From Eledone cirrhosa (taxonomy: Eukaryota), in NCBI GenBank assembly GCA_964016885.1, contig OZ024749.1, positions 36,394,001 through 36,458,000 on the forward strand: a stretch of 64,000 bases of DNA. The letters run 5' to 3'. A model generated the notes under the pieces. It had not been told where the DNA came from and made no database searches. It was given only the letters and a program-made list of their open reading frames with translations. Positions within the stretch are counted from its first letter, which is position 1, and each line of letters begins with the position of its first letter. A program made the position numbers and the translations under genes. Positions 43,451 through 57,300 of this stretch are shown one piece after another.

Positions 43451-45105
43451 ATATTTGGGGAGGGTCATATTTGCGTAATATTGCCAGAATTAATAACAGA
43501 ACACACTCACTGTTTGGTTGGTTTTCGCTTCTCGCTGTCTTTTATATATATATATCTGCGATCTAACTTACTCGGTCCTCAATGTTGCCATTGACTGACC
43601 GGCGGTCAAAAATAATACAGATACAATATAGACAAACACATATATATATAGTTTACATAAATCTTTCGTTGCACATCTGCAACATCGTCAGTGGTGTTAT
43701 ATTCATTGTTCCTCCTGTTGTGTTGTATGTCTACGCCATTTTTTTTTTTTTTGTTCAGTCTGTCTATATATTTATTTATTTATTTGCTTGTTTGTTTATC
43801 TTATTTTATTTTGTCTTCTTTGCGCATGCGTTTGCGTGTGTGTATAGTGTTATGTGTGATGTGTGACTAGTGTGTATAGTCTTGTGTCTGCTGGGTGACT
43901 AGTGTGTGTTTATGTGCTTGTGTATGTATTTATTTATCTTATTTTATTTAATTTAATTTACTTATTTATTTATACTTCTCTTAGGTCAGTGTTGTTTGTT
44001 TGGGTGTTGTTGTTGTTCCACTCATTCTTTCTGTTTAGCTTTGGTCTTCTAATTTCTATTTCACTGGCCTCTCTGATTTGCCTATCTGCTGGGTCATTCC
44101 TATGTTTAGATATTATTCTAATTTCTATGTTGTCTATGTTACCGTCATGATGTTGTCTAGCATGTTCGTATAGTACTGACCCGTTTTTTCGTCCTTTTAG
44201 TTCCCCCCAGTGTTGGTCTATCCTTTCACCTATGCTACGAGCTGTCTCACCTATGTATGTTGTTGTCGTGTTTCTGCAAGTACCCTCTGTACATCTTATG
44301 CTATAGACTACGTTTCTAGTTTTACAGTTTATCCGGGGGTTCACCTTACATATGATACATTTCCTATTGGTACAGTGGGTTTTCTTAAAAGGGTAGGTTT
44401 TGCTGATCAGGGATTTTATGGTGGTTCCTGGCTTTTCTACCACCTTTATTTTTAAGTGGGTCTTTCTCAGGGCCTTTCTACACTGGTTAGCTAATTTCCC
44501 TCCAGGGGTGGCGTCCACAAACATGACACTCTGATATCTCTGGTTGTCGTACCATGATGTGGCCTTCCCTATCTTATGTCTAGCCCTATCTAAGCTATTC
44601 CATGATTTGCTCCTGTATAGTGGGCAAGTTCCTTTCATGTCCAGTTCTATGAGGGTCTTATACTTTTCCATGGCTCCTTCGTATACTCTGACTCTGTCTC
44701 TTTGGTTGTAGCCAGAGAACTGCATGCGGTTGATGAAGTGTTGGATGTGTCCTTCCATTTCTGTTGGGTCGCACATGCTGGACACATTCTTCATCACTCG
44801 TACCAAATCTGCGATCAGAATACTAAACTTAGCACTACTGGACATTGCTGAGTTTTTGAGTATCAGGTATTTGGAGGCCATGGGTTTAGCATAGTGTGAG
44901 TGGAGAATTTGGGCTCTCTCGTCTATAGTGTTGATCCAGAGTTCTGTGTCTAATACAGGTAGTCTATTGTTAGGGTGTTTGGAAGGGAAGTCTATAGTTA
45001 CAGTTATACTCTGGTGTATGGAATTAGCTATCTGCTGGATGCTTTCCATCGTGCTACGTTCTAAATCAAACTTGTTAGTGCTCTCTAGTGGGGGTGTTCT
45101 TATAA
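43450..45105 (-). mobile_element. 5'-truncated Penelope-like retroelement (RT C-terminus, Cys-rich linker, GIY-YIG endonuclease, 3' pseudo-LTR)
   Basis: ORF 43970-45208: LPVLDTEL/KPMAS..SAM RT thumb region, C.NRKCIIC, NVVYSIRC...YIGETARSIGERIDQH GIY-YIG; flanked by (TA)n; first ~35 codons are microsatellite. Confidence 0.9.
43650..43698 (-). ncRNA. Hammerhead-like motif in the Penelope 3' pseudo-LTR
   Basis: Minus strand CTGACGA-T-GTTGCA-gatg-TGCAAC-GAAA; stem I poorly paired. Confidence 0.5.
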
Positions 45106-45145
45106 CTATATTGATATCGTCATATATATATATATTGATATCGTC

Positions 45146-45202
<57 letters not shown>

Positions 45203-45379
45203 AAGCACCAGCTCATCCCTTCCTCACTGTCCAGTCGCCCCACCACACCCTCACAGTTCTATATATTTACAATATTCCAGAGATTCCAATAACCCATTTT
45301 ATGAGATGAAGAATTCCTCCTCCAATTTATATTGTTGTCAATGTGCAATTCAACTTAATTAATTGCTGGCTTATGAGAC

Positions 45380-45520
45380 ACTTTGTGTGTGTGTGTCACT
45401 GTGTCTGTGTGTGTGTGTGTCACTGTGTGTGTGTGTGTGTCACTGTGTGTGTATCAGTATATATGGCTGTGTTCCATTGTGTGTCTCTTTCTCACTCTGT
45501 ATGTTTCTCTGTATATGTGT

Positions 45521-45565
<45 letters not shown>

Positions 45566-45630
45566 TGTATATATGGCTGTGTTCCATTGTGTGTCTCTTT
45601 CTCACTCTGTATGTTTCTCTATATATGTGT

Positions 45631-45687
<57 letters not shown>

Positions 45688-45884
45688 TGTATCTGTATAT
45701 ATGGCTGTGTTCCATTGTGTGTCTCTTTCTCACTCTGTATGTTTCTCTGTATATGTGTACCTGTGTGTGTGTGTATGTGTGTGTCACTGTGTGTGTGTGT
45801 GTGTCACTGTGTGTGTATCTGTATATATGGCTGTGTTCCATTGTGTGTCTCTTTCTCACTCTGTATGTGTCTCTATATATGTGT

Positions 45885-45920
<36 letters not shown>

Positions 45921-46242
45921 CTGTATATATGGCTGTGTTCCATTGTGTGTCTCTTTCTCACTCTGTATGTTTCTCTGTATATGTGTACCTGTGTGTGTGT
46001 GTATGTGTGTGTCACTGTGTGTGTGTGTGTGTCACTGTGTGTGTATCTGTATATATGGCTGTGTTCCACTTTGTGTCTCTTTCTCACTCTGTATGTGTCT
46101 CTATATATGTGTACCTGTGTGTATGTGTGTGTCACTGTGTGTGTGTGTGTGTGTCACTGTGTGTGTATCTGTATATATGGCTGTGTTCCATTGTGTGTCT
46201 CTTTCTCACTCTGTATGTTTCTCTGTATATGTGTACCTGTGT

Positions 46243-46273
<31 letters not shown>

Positions 46274-46456
46274 TGTGTGTCACTGTGTGTGTATCTGTAT
46301 ATATGGCTGTGTTCCATTGTGTCTCTTTCTCACTCTGTATGTTTCTCTGTATATGTGTACCTGTGTGTGTGTGTGTGTGTGTGTGTGTATCTGTATATAT
46401 GGCTGTGTTCCATTGTGTGTCTCTTTCTCACTCTGTATGTTTCTCTGTATATGTGT

Positions 46457-46499
<43 letters not shown>

Positions 46500-46500
46500 T
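45380..46500. repeat. ~100-120-bp TG-rich minisatellite
   Basis: Recurrent atatggctgtgttccattgtgtgtctctttctcactctgtatg core. Confidence 0.9.
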
Positions 46501-49500
46501 ACCCCTGAAGGTAATATTCCAGCCCTTTAAACTGTTATAACTAACCTGGCTATTGTCTCCAGAGATTAATTAATTCATTTAATTAGACTTCCAGCATGGC
46601 ACATTATAATCATCATCATCATCATCATCATCAACTTAACTATCATCATTATAATAATCATCATCATCATCATCTTAACTATCATCATAATAATCATCAT
46701 CATCATCAACACATTTATCACCACCACCACCACTGTTACCATCATCTCTATTCTTACAATATCTATATGTCAACACACACACAACAAATATTGTATATAC
46801 ACTGCATATTACAGTGCACATAAGCTGCACATTTCATCGCTCATATACTCATACATTTCAGGTTGCATTGTACATTTCATTACACAAATACTGCACGCTT
46901 CATTGCACATATTCTGCAGATACAGTGTGAATTTCATTGCACATACCCTACACATTACAATGTATGTACATTTCACATACATTGCACATTGTTGCTCATA
47001 CACTGCACATTTCATTGCACTGCACATTACACTGTTTCCCCCCCCCCCTTTTTCTCAGTGCACAGTCTGTGCAGTGTTGTTACAAAGTGTTCGATTTTCT
47101 GAAATCATAACATAAGTGTGTATGGGTGTTGCTTTAGAAATGGTCATTAATCCCACCGAGGTTAACTTTGCCTTTCATCCATACGGGGGTTGATAAAATA
47201 AAGTACCAGTAATACACTGGGATAATTGCTGGCCTTGTGCCAAAAGTAGAAACAATTATATACCTATAATACACACTCACACACAAACACACTCACACTC
47301 AATGGGCTTCTGCAATTTCTACCTACCAAATATCCCTCGCAAATCATTGGTCAAGCGAAGGCTACAGTAGAAGACACTTGCCCAAGATGCCATGCAGTGG
47401 GATTGAACCCAAGACCACGTAGTTGTGAAGCAGTCTCCTCAACCACACAGCTATGTTTGTGCTTATATAACACACACACACACACAGTGACTCACTCACC
47501 CTCACACATACACACTCTCTCTCTCTCTTACTCTCACAAACACATGATAAACAAAACAGAAGCTATACACACACACACACACACAAAACACATAATAGTG
47601 ACACACATGAGCATACACTTATGTAACCACACACATACACTCTCCATATATACACATGAACACACACACACACACACATAGACCTACACACAGGCGCCTA
47701 CATACACACACACACACGTACACTCTCCTATATACACACCCCATATATATATATACACACACACACACATATGAACACACACAGAGACATACCTACACAG
47801 AGGCACATACATACACACTGGCACACACAAACTACACATGCACTCTGTTATATACACACATGAACACACCACACACAGACCTACACACAGGCACATACAC
47901 ACACACACACTGGCACACGCGCATACATACACACACACACGCGTACACTCTCCTATATACACACACATGAACACAGGCACATACATACACACTGGCACAC
48001 ACAAACTACACATGCACTCTCTTATATACACACATGAACACACACACACACACACATGCACACACACACAGGCACATACACACACACAAACACAGGCACA
48101 TACACACACATACACTGGCACACACACACAGACACACACACACACACATATGGACACAGTTTTCCCCTGAGGAAGCAATAAAAGCTGTGTGGAGCCAGTC
48201 TAGACATTGCCAATGGCCTGATGGGTAATTGATTACAAATTAACAACTCCAATTAAGACATCCCTCCACCCCACATACCTCACTTCATACATCACCCACA
48301 CACACACATATACACCTGACCACACACACACACCACCACAACAACAAGAACTGCCACACAAACCATGTATTAAATCTATTTAGCTATATAATCTATGGCA
48401 AGAGGCCATTTTCTTCAATTTTGTGTTTTGATTTTGACTGAGAAATTCATGTCAAAAATGTGGTTGGAACCCAAGGCTCCAATCATTGGGGCCTCCTCCA
48501 CATTCTTCCTTTGGTGGTGGAGATGTGGGAGCTGGTGGTAGGGCATGCTAGACTGTGCTGTAAGTCCTCCTCTCCCTTCATATATTTGATGGAGTGGAGC
48601 TGATAGAGCAGTGTTAGACTGTGCAGTGCTTCTTTCTCTTATATTTGGTAGTGTTATTGGTGTGTTGGGCTGTCTAGTGGGGCTGGAGGAGTGGGTTAGA
48701 CTATCTGGTGCCTCCCCTCCTATCTGGAGGAGGCTGAATGGCAGAAAAAGAGGAGTGTATCTATATTTAGTAGACATGGTGTATGTGGTGGAGGATTGAG
48801 TTGGACCGTCCAGCGCCAATATTGGCTCTATTTGAAGATGTCTTGCAAGAAATTGAAAACAAACAAAAAACATTTCAAAAGATCTGTCAAAATAATCCAT
48901 TTATGGTCAGTTTCTGTGATACTGGTCTGTTGTTTAAACAGAGTTCACTGGGGTTACTTAACAACTATAATAAATCTTTAGTATGTATGTGTGTGTGTGT
49001 GTATATATATATATAATGTACTTTTCTGATGGTTGTTAGGATTTAATAAAGTGTTTTACAATGTGTAGTACTGCTAATTCTAGTTATCAAGTCTTTGATC
49101 AAGTTTCTCACATTTAGAACAATTTTGGAACAGCCATCAGAAGCCATCTAATTTTTCATATAAATATATATAAAGAAAACAAAAGTAGAATTTGGTTTTT
49201 CCCTTTAACATAGTGGATACTTAAGTGTGAGTTTTATATTGAATAATGATAATATTCGATTTGTTTGCAAGCAAACAGCCTCATTATGCTATGACTTTTA
49301 GATGACCATTGCCATCCTTTTGTTCTAGTGGTGAGTAATGGTCTAACTGGTTTTTACCGCCTTCAATCTGATATATATATATATATGTTGGTACCACAAC
49401 ATCCAGTCCAAACTAATGAGATCGTGTAGGTGTCATGATAAAAAAAAAAAACACCCAGTCCACGCTGTAATGTGGTCATGTAGGTAACACGGTAAAAAGC

Positions 49501-51114
49501 TCCCAGTCCACACTGTAAATGTGGTTGGTGTTAGGAAGGGCATCTAGCCGTAGAAAACCTGCCAGATACAGTCCTATACGAGCGAGACACGGTCACCCGA
49601 CCAATCTTGCCTCAAGTGGGCCAACTCTCGTCTAACCCATGTTAGCGTGGAAGATAGACGTTAAATGATGATGATGATGATGATGATGATATATATATAT
49701 ACTAACACACATATACATATACACGTGCAGCACTCCTTCACATATCTCCACTCAAGACATTGGTCAGCCTAAAAGCTATGGTAGAAAACAGCAAAGGTGC
49801 TGCAGAGTGGGACTGAATCTGAAGCCATGGGGTTGTGAAATGAACTTGTTAACCACACTGGCAGATTAATTCAGATAATAGTATCTATTGATATATTTCT
49901 GTGATTGATTTTTTTTAAATTGTACTATAGATAGGACTGAAACAATTACTTGATGAGCAATTAACCTAAAGTGTGTCTGTTAATCAGTCTAGCTTGTTTA
50001 GATTTACAGAACCCCTTTAAGGTGAGGGTAGAGGTGTCTCTCTCTCTCTTGGGGATTTTCATGCCATTTAAATGGTTGATACACACACACACACACACAC
50101 AAACGTGTGTGTATGTGTGTGTGTAATTATATATGTTTGTATGTAGATATGTATGTGTGTGTATATATATATATGTGTGTGTACACACACACACACACAC
50201 ACACATATATATCAGTATCATCATAATTTAACTTATGTTAAATTATGAAGGTATATATATTTATATAAACTCATACATGTGTTTGTGAGTATGGTTTCAG
50301 AGTTGTTGTCAAGACAATGACAAATTTGATGTATTAAATTATAGCTATTAAATGGTAGATCACTGATTGTGTAGTATTAATTGTATGTGTGTATGTATGT
50401 ATGTATGTACGTACGTATTTGTGTGTGTGTATGTATGTGTTTATATATATATGTGTATTTGCATAAATATGTATGTTTGTATATAATATAAGGACTCTAA
50501 AACAAAGGTTCTTACATGAATTTGTGGCGGAAAGGTTTTTGATAAATATGGTATGATCCCGTAATTCCTGAGGGAGTCGTAGGGGCACTGTTTTGACATA
50601 CTCGTATGGCATTACTTGGGCATTTTAAGCCTGGTGAAGCCCATCCATCTCCAGGCCTCGGTACAGCAGATTTCTTCCAGAGAAGAATAGAACGTGAGAA
50701 AGATATATAGAGGAAGAATCGGCCCCAGTACTTGACTGGCTTTTTTTTTTTTTTTTTACTAACCTCGAAAGGATGAAAGACAGTTGAGCTTGACAGGATT
50801 TGAACTCAAAGAACAGAGAGCTGGAACGAATACTATAAGGCATTCTATCCAATGTTCTAACAACTCTGCCAATTCGCTGCTTTATTTGATAAATATAAAC
50901 ACTTTGAAATAAATACCTCTGTATCATAGAACCAGGCAAGCAGTTTCATGTGATTTAGTATGAAAAGGGGTAACCTTTCATTAGCATATTTCAAATGAAA
51001 TACACTATTTGAATTAATGAAGAATTTTGATGGATTTACTAAAATTGCTAATCATTTCATTACTAAGATAATGACTCAAGAAATGGTTCTTACAGAAAAC
51101 TTGAATTTTAATTT

Positions 51115-51540
51115 AAGTAGGAACACTTTAAAAAATATGGTTTTGTTTCATAGAATCAGAGCTGGTTTTGGCCAGGTTGGTATCAAAAGGGTAAAATAGG
51201 AACACTTTAAAATGGGTAGTTGTGTTTTGTAGAATCGGAGCTGGTTTTGGCCAGGTTGGTATCAAAAGGGGAAAATAGGAACACTTTAAAATGGGTAGTT
51301 GTGTTTTGTAGAATCAGAGCTGGTTTTGGCCAGGTTGGTATCAAAAGGGGAAAATAGGAACACTTTAAAATGGGTAGTTGTGTTTTGTAGAATCAGAGCT
51401 GGTTTTGGCCAGGTTGGTATCAAAAGGGGAAAATAGGAACACTTTAAAATGGGTTGTTTTGTTTTGTAGAACGAGAGCTGATTTTGGCTGGGCTAGTATC
51501 AAAAGGGTAAAATAGGAACATTTTAAAATGGGTGGTTAAC
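51115..51540. repeat. 79-bp tandem array, about 5 units
   Basis: ataggaacactttaaaatggg at 51196, 51275, 51354, 51433. Confidence 0.9.
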
Positions 51541-51856
51541 ATATGGTTCTTATACGAAATTATATTTAAAGATATTAATATAAATAGGAACCCTTTTAAA
51601 ATCGGTGGTTTTGAGAATCAGGCAAACAGTTTCAGGGAGATTGGTATGGAAATGGTTAATGTTTAATGTAGAACATCAGAACATTGATGTATTGATATGA
51701 ATAATGTAAAATATAGGACTTTACTACAATAATATGTGAAATGAATTATGTATCTTATATTTTGATAGAATCACCTGTGACAGGTCTTAAGTAGTTCCAG
51801 CTGAACTATTCTGATTAGATATAAATCTCTCTGTGTCACAGATGAGATATTCCTCA

Positions 51857-51888
<32 letters not shown>

Positions 51889-53161
51889 TTTCAGTCAGTC
51901 AAAAGTTTACCCGTTGTTGTTGTTGTTACAATCATTATTATTATTGTCGGACTATGAGTTCAAATCCCACCGAGGTTAACTTTGCCTTTCATCCTTACGG
52001 GGTCGATAAAATAAAGTATCAGTCACGCACTGGGGTCGATTTAATCGACTTTCCCCTCCCCTAAAAATTGCTGGCCTTGTGCCTATATAATAAACAATTA
52101 TTATTGTCGGACTAAATACTGAGAAACTTTTAGTTAAAGCCCTTTATGTTACCAGATCAAATCCCGCCAAGTTGAGCTTTTCCTTTCATCCTTCCAGTGT
52201 CAATAAAATAAAGTACCAGTTATGTATTGGCGTCAATGCAATCGCCTTTCCCCTCCCCGCAAATTATTGGTCTTGTGGCGAAATTAGAAATAATAATGAT
52301 AATAATAATAATTATTATTGTTGTTGTTGTTGAGCTTCTGCCCTATTTGTTGCAGCCCTTTGTTCTGAGTTCAAATTCCACTATGTTCAACTTAGTCTTT
52401 CATACTTCCAGGGTCGATAAGATAAAGTAGCAGTCATGAAATTGGGTTCATGTATTCAACTTACCCATCCCCACAAATTGTTGTCCATGTGACTATAACA
52501 GAAATCATTATATTATTTCTACTGTCTTACGGCCCTTTATGATCTGAGTTCAAATCCCGCCGAGGTTAACTTTGCCTTTCATCCTTACGGGGGGTCGATA
52601 AAATAAAGTACCAGTAATACCCTGAGATAATTGCTGGCCTTGTGCCAAAAGTAGAAACAATTATATTATTTCTACTGTGTATGTGAGAGAATTCATTTAT
52701 GGTTGTCTGTGCTACCATACAACATAATGAATTGTGACTATATCTGAGCTACCATACTAAATAATAAACTGTGACCATATTTGTGCTACCATACTAACCA
52801 GTGATTACATCTGCTACCATCTTCATCTTCAGCCCGGGAAAGTCCATTGTTGAGCCATTTTTTGCCCAAATTTTTCAATTTTCCTGAGGTTGTCTTGCCT
52901 CCTGGTCTTCTGGTTGCCTCGGTTTCTTGTGTGACCTCACGAGGCCCATAAAAGGACAATATGTCCTGCTCCACTACCATTTTGTTTTGCTAATGATTTC
53001 TAAGATGGCGTGAACTTTATTTTTTTTTTCTCAGATCCATTCAGCAGTTTTTCGATCTCACCTTGTGATATTTAACATGATTCTTTCGTGGGTTCTTTAC
53101 AACTAAATAATAAACTGTGATTGTTGTCTAACACCATCTTTTATCTCTCTTTCTCCTGCAG

Positions 53162-53228
53162 TTTGTAAAGAGACCCAATTCACTGGAAAACAATCTGATA
53201 AATATAAAACTTGTAAAAGGAAACAAAG
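53162..53228 (+). CDS. dlg1: Dlg exon, end of PDZ1, linker and start of PDZ2 (FVKRPNSLENNLINIKLVKGNK-G)
   Basis: Pyrimidine tract ending ctgcag, AAG|gtaaat donor; 67 nt, phase 0 to 1; matches Dlg YVKR...IKLxKGxKG; not in ORF track. Confidence 0.92.
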
Positions 53229-54665
53229 GTAAATAGATATTTCACTTACTTCCTTTTCCTCTCCCCACTTCTTCTTCTTCCTCTTCTCAAGGAGACAATG
53301 TGAATCAAACCGGGAACCAAACTCATAACCTTAGGGTCGTGAGCTGAATACCCTAACCACTAAACCACATATTTTCACAATGAGAAAGAGATATAAAGAA
53401 ATAATCAACTCTAGTACTGGACTGATATTCTTTTTTTCTTTATCAACATCAAAAGGATGAAATAAATGCTGATCCTGGTGGGATTTGAACCCAGAACACA
53501 CACAGCTAGAACATACATTGCAAAGCTTTCTATCTGATCTTCTAACAAATCTGTCAATTCACTGCCTCTTTATAATAATTATAGAAACAATAGAAATTCA
53601 ACAAAGTATTTATGTGAAATATTTATAGTAACTAGGGTTTCTAAATTAGGCTCAAGACCAGCAGTTGTTGTTTTTTTTTTGAGGGGGAGATAGTGGCTGC
53701 TGAGAGTGGAGTAGGTGAGAGCAGAGTTGGAAAGGTGGGAGCATAGTTGAGGAGGAGGGAGCATAATAGAGATTTGGGAGCAGAACGGAGAGGTAGGGGT
53801 GAATGGAGAGGGTGGTGCTGCTCTCCAATGAATTTTCAACCTTCATATATTTTGGTCAATAAAACAGAATGTCTGGATATAAAACACAGGAGCTGTAGAT
53901 GTAAGAAATATTCAATTTCTAGTAATATTTGATTATCGAAATGACCTGTGGTTTACCATTTTCATGTCCAGATTGGCTCTCTTAAATGTTCTACACCATA
54001 AAATACACACAAATAGATAAATAGATACATATATAGATAAAAATCAAAGAACACAAGACAATCCTTCATTGGTGTCTGTGGAGAAGCAGAAGCAGTAATG
54101 GTTGGAATCTATTATACCTACATTGTTATAGTCTTCTGTTAACTTCTTCATTTTTGGCTGTTTGATGCCATTTCAACATTAAGGAGACATAGAACAGAGA
54201 CACAGAGCTATCTTATAGGCTTATTGGACCAGAATAACTTCCACTTTCAAGGAAGATATATTACTGGATGGGGAATATTAGGAATATGGGTGATATATTT
54301 AATATATTTAATACTCTTGATAGATACTGGCATACTGGCTGAAATGAACTGGAAAACATGTACACACTCACACATACACATAATTTATGTGATATATATA
54401 TATATGTGATATATATATATTATGTGATATATATATATATATATATATATTTATACACACATACAGTTACACACAACAGGGCAACCACTTTAAATGATAT
54501 ATATATATATGTATGTGTGTGTGTGTGTGTATGTAATAGACACCCCCCATGCATACACCCATATATAAAAACACTTGCATATATACACACATGCAAACAT
54601 GTGTGTGTGTGTGTGTAGGTATTAATCTCTCTATCTCTCTCACTCTCTCTCTCCCTCACTCTCCC

Positions 54666-54746
<81 letters not shown>

Positions 54747-55463
54747 ATAGTGATATATAATATGTATAATTATTTTACTGATTTCTTTTTTTTTTTTTTT
54801 TTTGTTAATTCTCTCTGAAACATTAAAGAAGTAACAATTGTAATTGAAATTTAATGGCTTTCCTTATGCAAATCTGTCACAAACCATGCATTAACTATAC
54901 AATACCCAAATGTATTGGGTAAATTATCCTTGGCATTAGAGAAATGGTAAACAAGCGCCCAATAGTTATTTTATAGATATCCTGCATTTGACAGCTACAT
55001 GGGTCATTTCTCTTCCCCAGGTTTCTGTCTCCATGGCTACTTCATCAAATCTATTTGATTACTTTATAGTTAAGGTGTGTGTGTGGGGGGGGGGGGGGGG
55101 GGCATGTGGCCTAGTGGTAAGGGTGTTAGACTTAGTATCATAATGCTGTTGTTTTGATTCCTGAACTGGGTGGGTTGTGTGTTGTGTTCTGGAGCAAAAT
55201 ACTTAATTCCATGTAGCTCCAGTAAACTCACCTGAAAATGAGTACCAGCAATAGCTGGGGGATTAACCCTGCGATGTGCTGGTGTCCTGTCTAAGGTGGA
55301 ATCTTGTACCTTGTCACTTTATGCCATGAAACCGGGATAAGCACTGGCCTAATGAGCCTTCTGGCTTAAGACAGACTTTTTAGACTTTATAGTTAATGAA
55401 TTATTGTAGCTTTTCAAAAGAACAAATTTAAGATTTATCATTTGTATGTTTCTTTTTGTTTAG

Positions 55464-55600
55464 GTTTGGGCTTTAGCATTGCTGGAGGTGTGGGCAATGA
55501 ACACATTCCAAATGACCACGGTATTTTTGTGACCAAAATCATTGACGGTGGAGCTGCAGAACAGGATGGACGTCTACAAGTTGGTGACCGTTTGCTATCG
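55464..55600 (+). CDS. dlg1: Dlg exon, PDZ2 first part ([46 protein letters not shown])
   Basis: tgtttag acceptor, TCG|gtcagt donor; 137 nt, phase 1 to 0; GGVGN.HIP signature of PDZ2. Confidence 0.96.
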
Positions 55601-56265
55601 GTCAGTATATATAAATATATATATATGCATATATATATATATTTCTATCTTTTAACTTTGTTTGTTTTCTTGTTTGGTTCTTGTAAACTGGTGACAGTTG
55701 ACATTATATGATAGGACAGTTTGGTGAATATAGTTGGACAGTTGACAGTTCTTAATAGAAGTTGGATGGTTGTAAGTGTTTCATTTGTAACTATTAAGTT
55801 GACAGCAGTCGTCAATGACTGGCAGGCTGACATATGTTAGACTTTTGTATAGAAGTTGACACTTTTTATCATATGTCAGTTAATAAATGAGACTCGGATA
55901 GTAATGTTAACATATGTCTGTCAAATGACAGTCTGATCAGGAACAGTAATGTTGACATATGTCTGTCGAATACATCTGATCTGGGATAGTAATGTTGACA
56001 TGACAGTCAAATACATCTGAATCCTCTTGGGAATTACATCATGAGTTCATGTGTCTCTGGTATATTCAGCCACTTCTACATTAAATCCATGAGCATGCCA
56101 TTTGGTTGATGGAATGAACTGGAGAACTCATCATCGAAACCAAAAGAGTTCCAAATCTTGCTAACAAGGAAAACTGATGTTAAATTATGGTGTTGGTGGT
56201 TGTGGTCAGTGAAGTGAAAATCTTGGATTTATTTGAGGTTTAAACGTTCGTTATCTATTTTCCAG

Positions 56266-56410
56266 GTGAATTATGAAGATTTGGATAACGTGACTCATGA
56301 AGAGGCAGTCGCTGCTCTGAAAGCGACCTCAGATGTTGTCAAGTTGGTGGTGGCCAAATCTTCATACATACATGATTCTGTACCACTGGATGCTCCGTCA
56401 CCGAGCCAAG
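56266..56410 (+). CDS. dlg1: Dlg exon, PDZ2 second part (VNYEDLDNVTHEEAVAALKATSDVVKLVVAKSSYIHDSVPLDAPSPSQ)
   Basis: ttttccag acceptor, AAG|gtaaga donor; 145 nt, phase 0 to 1; VTHEEAVAALK motif. Confidence 0.95.
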
Positions 56411-57215
56411 GTAAGATTGCGTCTTTAGACAGTTATTTATTAACACATTCTACTGATCGGCGGAGAGGGGTGAGTCGATGAAAATGATCATGGTATGAGT
56501 GATAATTGATACGGTAGTAAGGAGGAAGAGGTGTGGAGGTTAATCTGTCAGTTGTAGCCAGAAATTATAAATTAGAAACATCCAATAAAAATTCAAGGGA
56601 AATAACTCTGTGTGTGGGGATTTATCTCCCTTGCTGTATTTTGAAAAATCGTTTGTTTTTTTTTGTATTCGATCGAAATGTAATTCTTAGTTGCAAGTTT
56701 AGTTTTTTTTTTCACTTTATCTGTGTGTGAATACGAGAGTTTGTATGTGTATACGTGTGTGTAAGACTGGAAACTACAATATATATGTACACGTGGACAC
56801 ACACACACACACATATATATATTATTTGAACAAAAATCTGTTTTCACCCTTCAAAGTGGTCTTAGAAAACTGAGATATCCCAAATTCTGTAAGCTCAGAT
56901 TTTAGAATATCTCTGTTTCCGAATCTTCTTTGAACTCAAAATAATCTATAATTTCTCTGGACTCGTTTCTCTCTCTCTCTCTCTCTCTCCCTCTATAGTA
57001 ATAATAATAAATTTGAAGACTAAAATCCAAAGAGGGCTCGATAAGGATAAATATATATCAAATATATAAGAACCGTAGTGCTTTAATGTTATTAAAATAA
57101 CATTAAAGTTTAAGCAAAGAATCGCGATTCTTTGCTTAAACTTTAATCTGTTATTTTAATAAATATATATATATATATAATCGTTTTTACTTCTGCTTTT
57201 CCATGCTTGAGTGGC

Positions 57216-57276
<61 letters not shown>

Positions 57277-57300
57277 TACACTGTACTGTATCTATTTCAG

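Noticed and set aside
48755-48780. TKYRY resembling the Dlg/PSD-95 N-terminal KKYRY motif
   Set aside because: Opposite strand to dlg and not followed by QDE; likely chance
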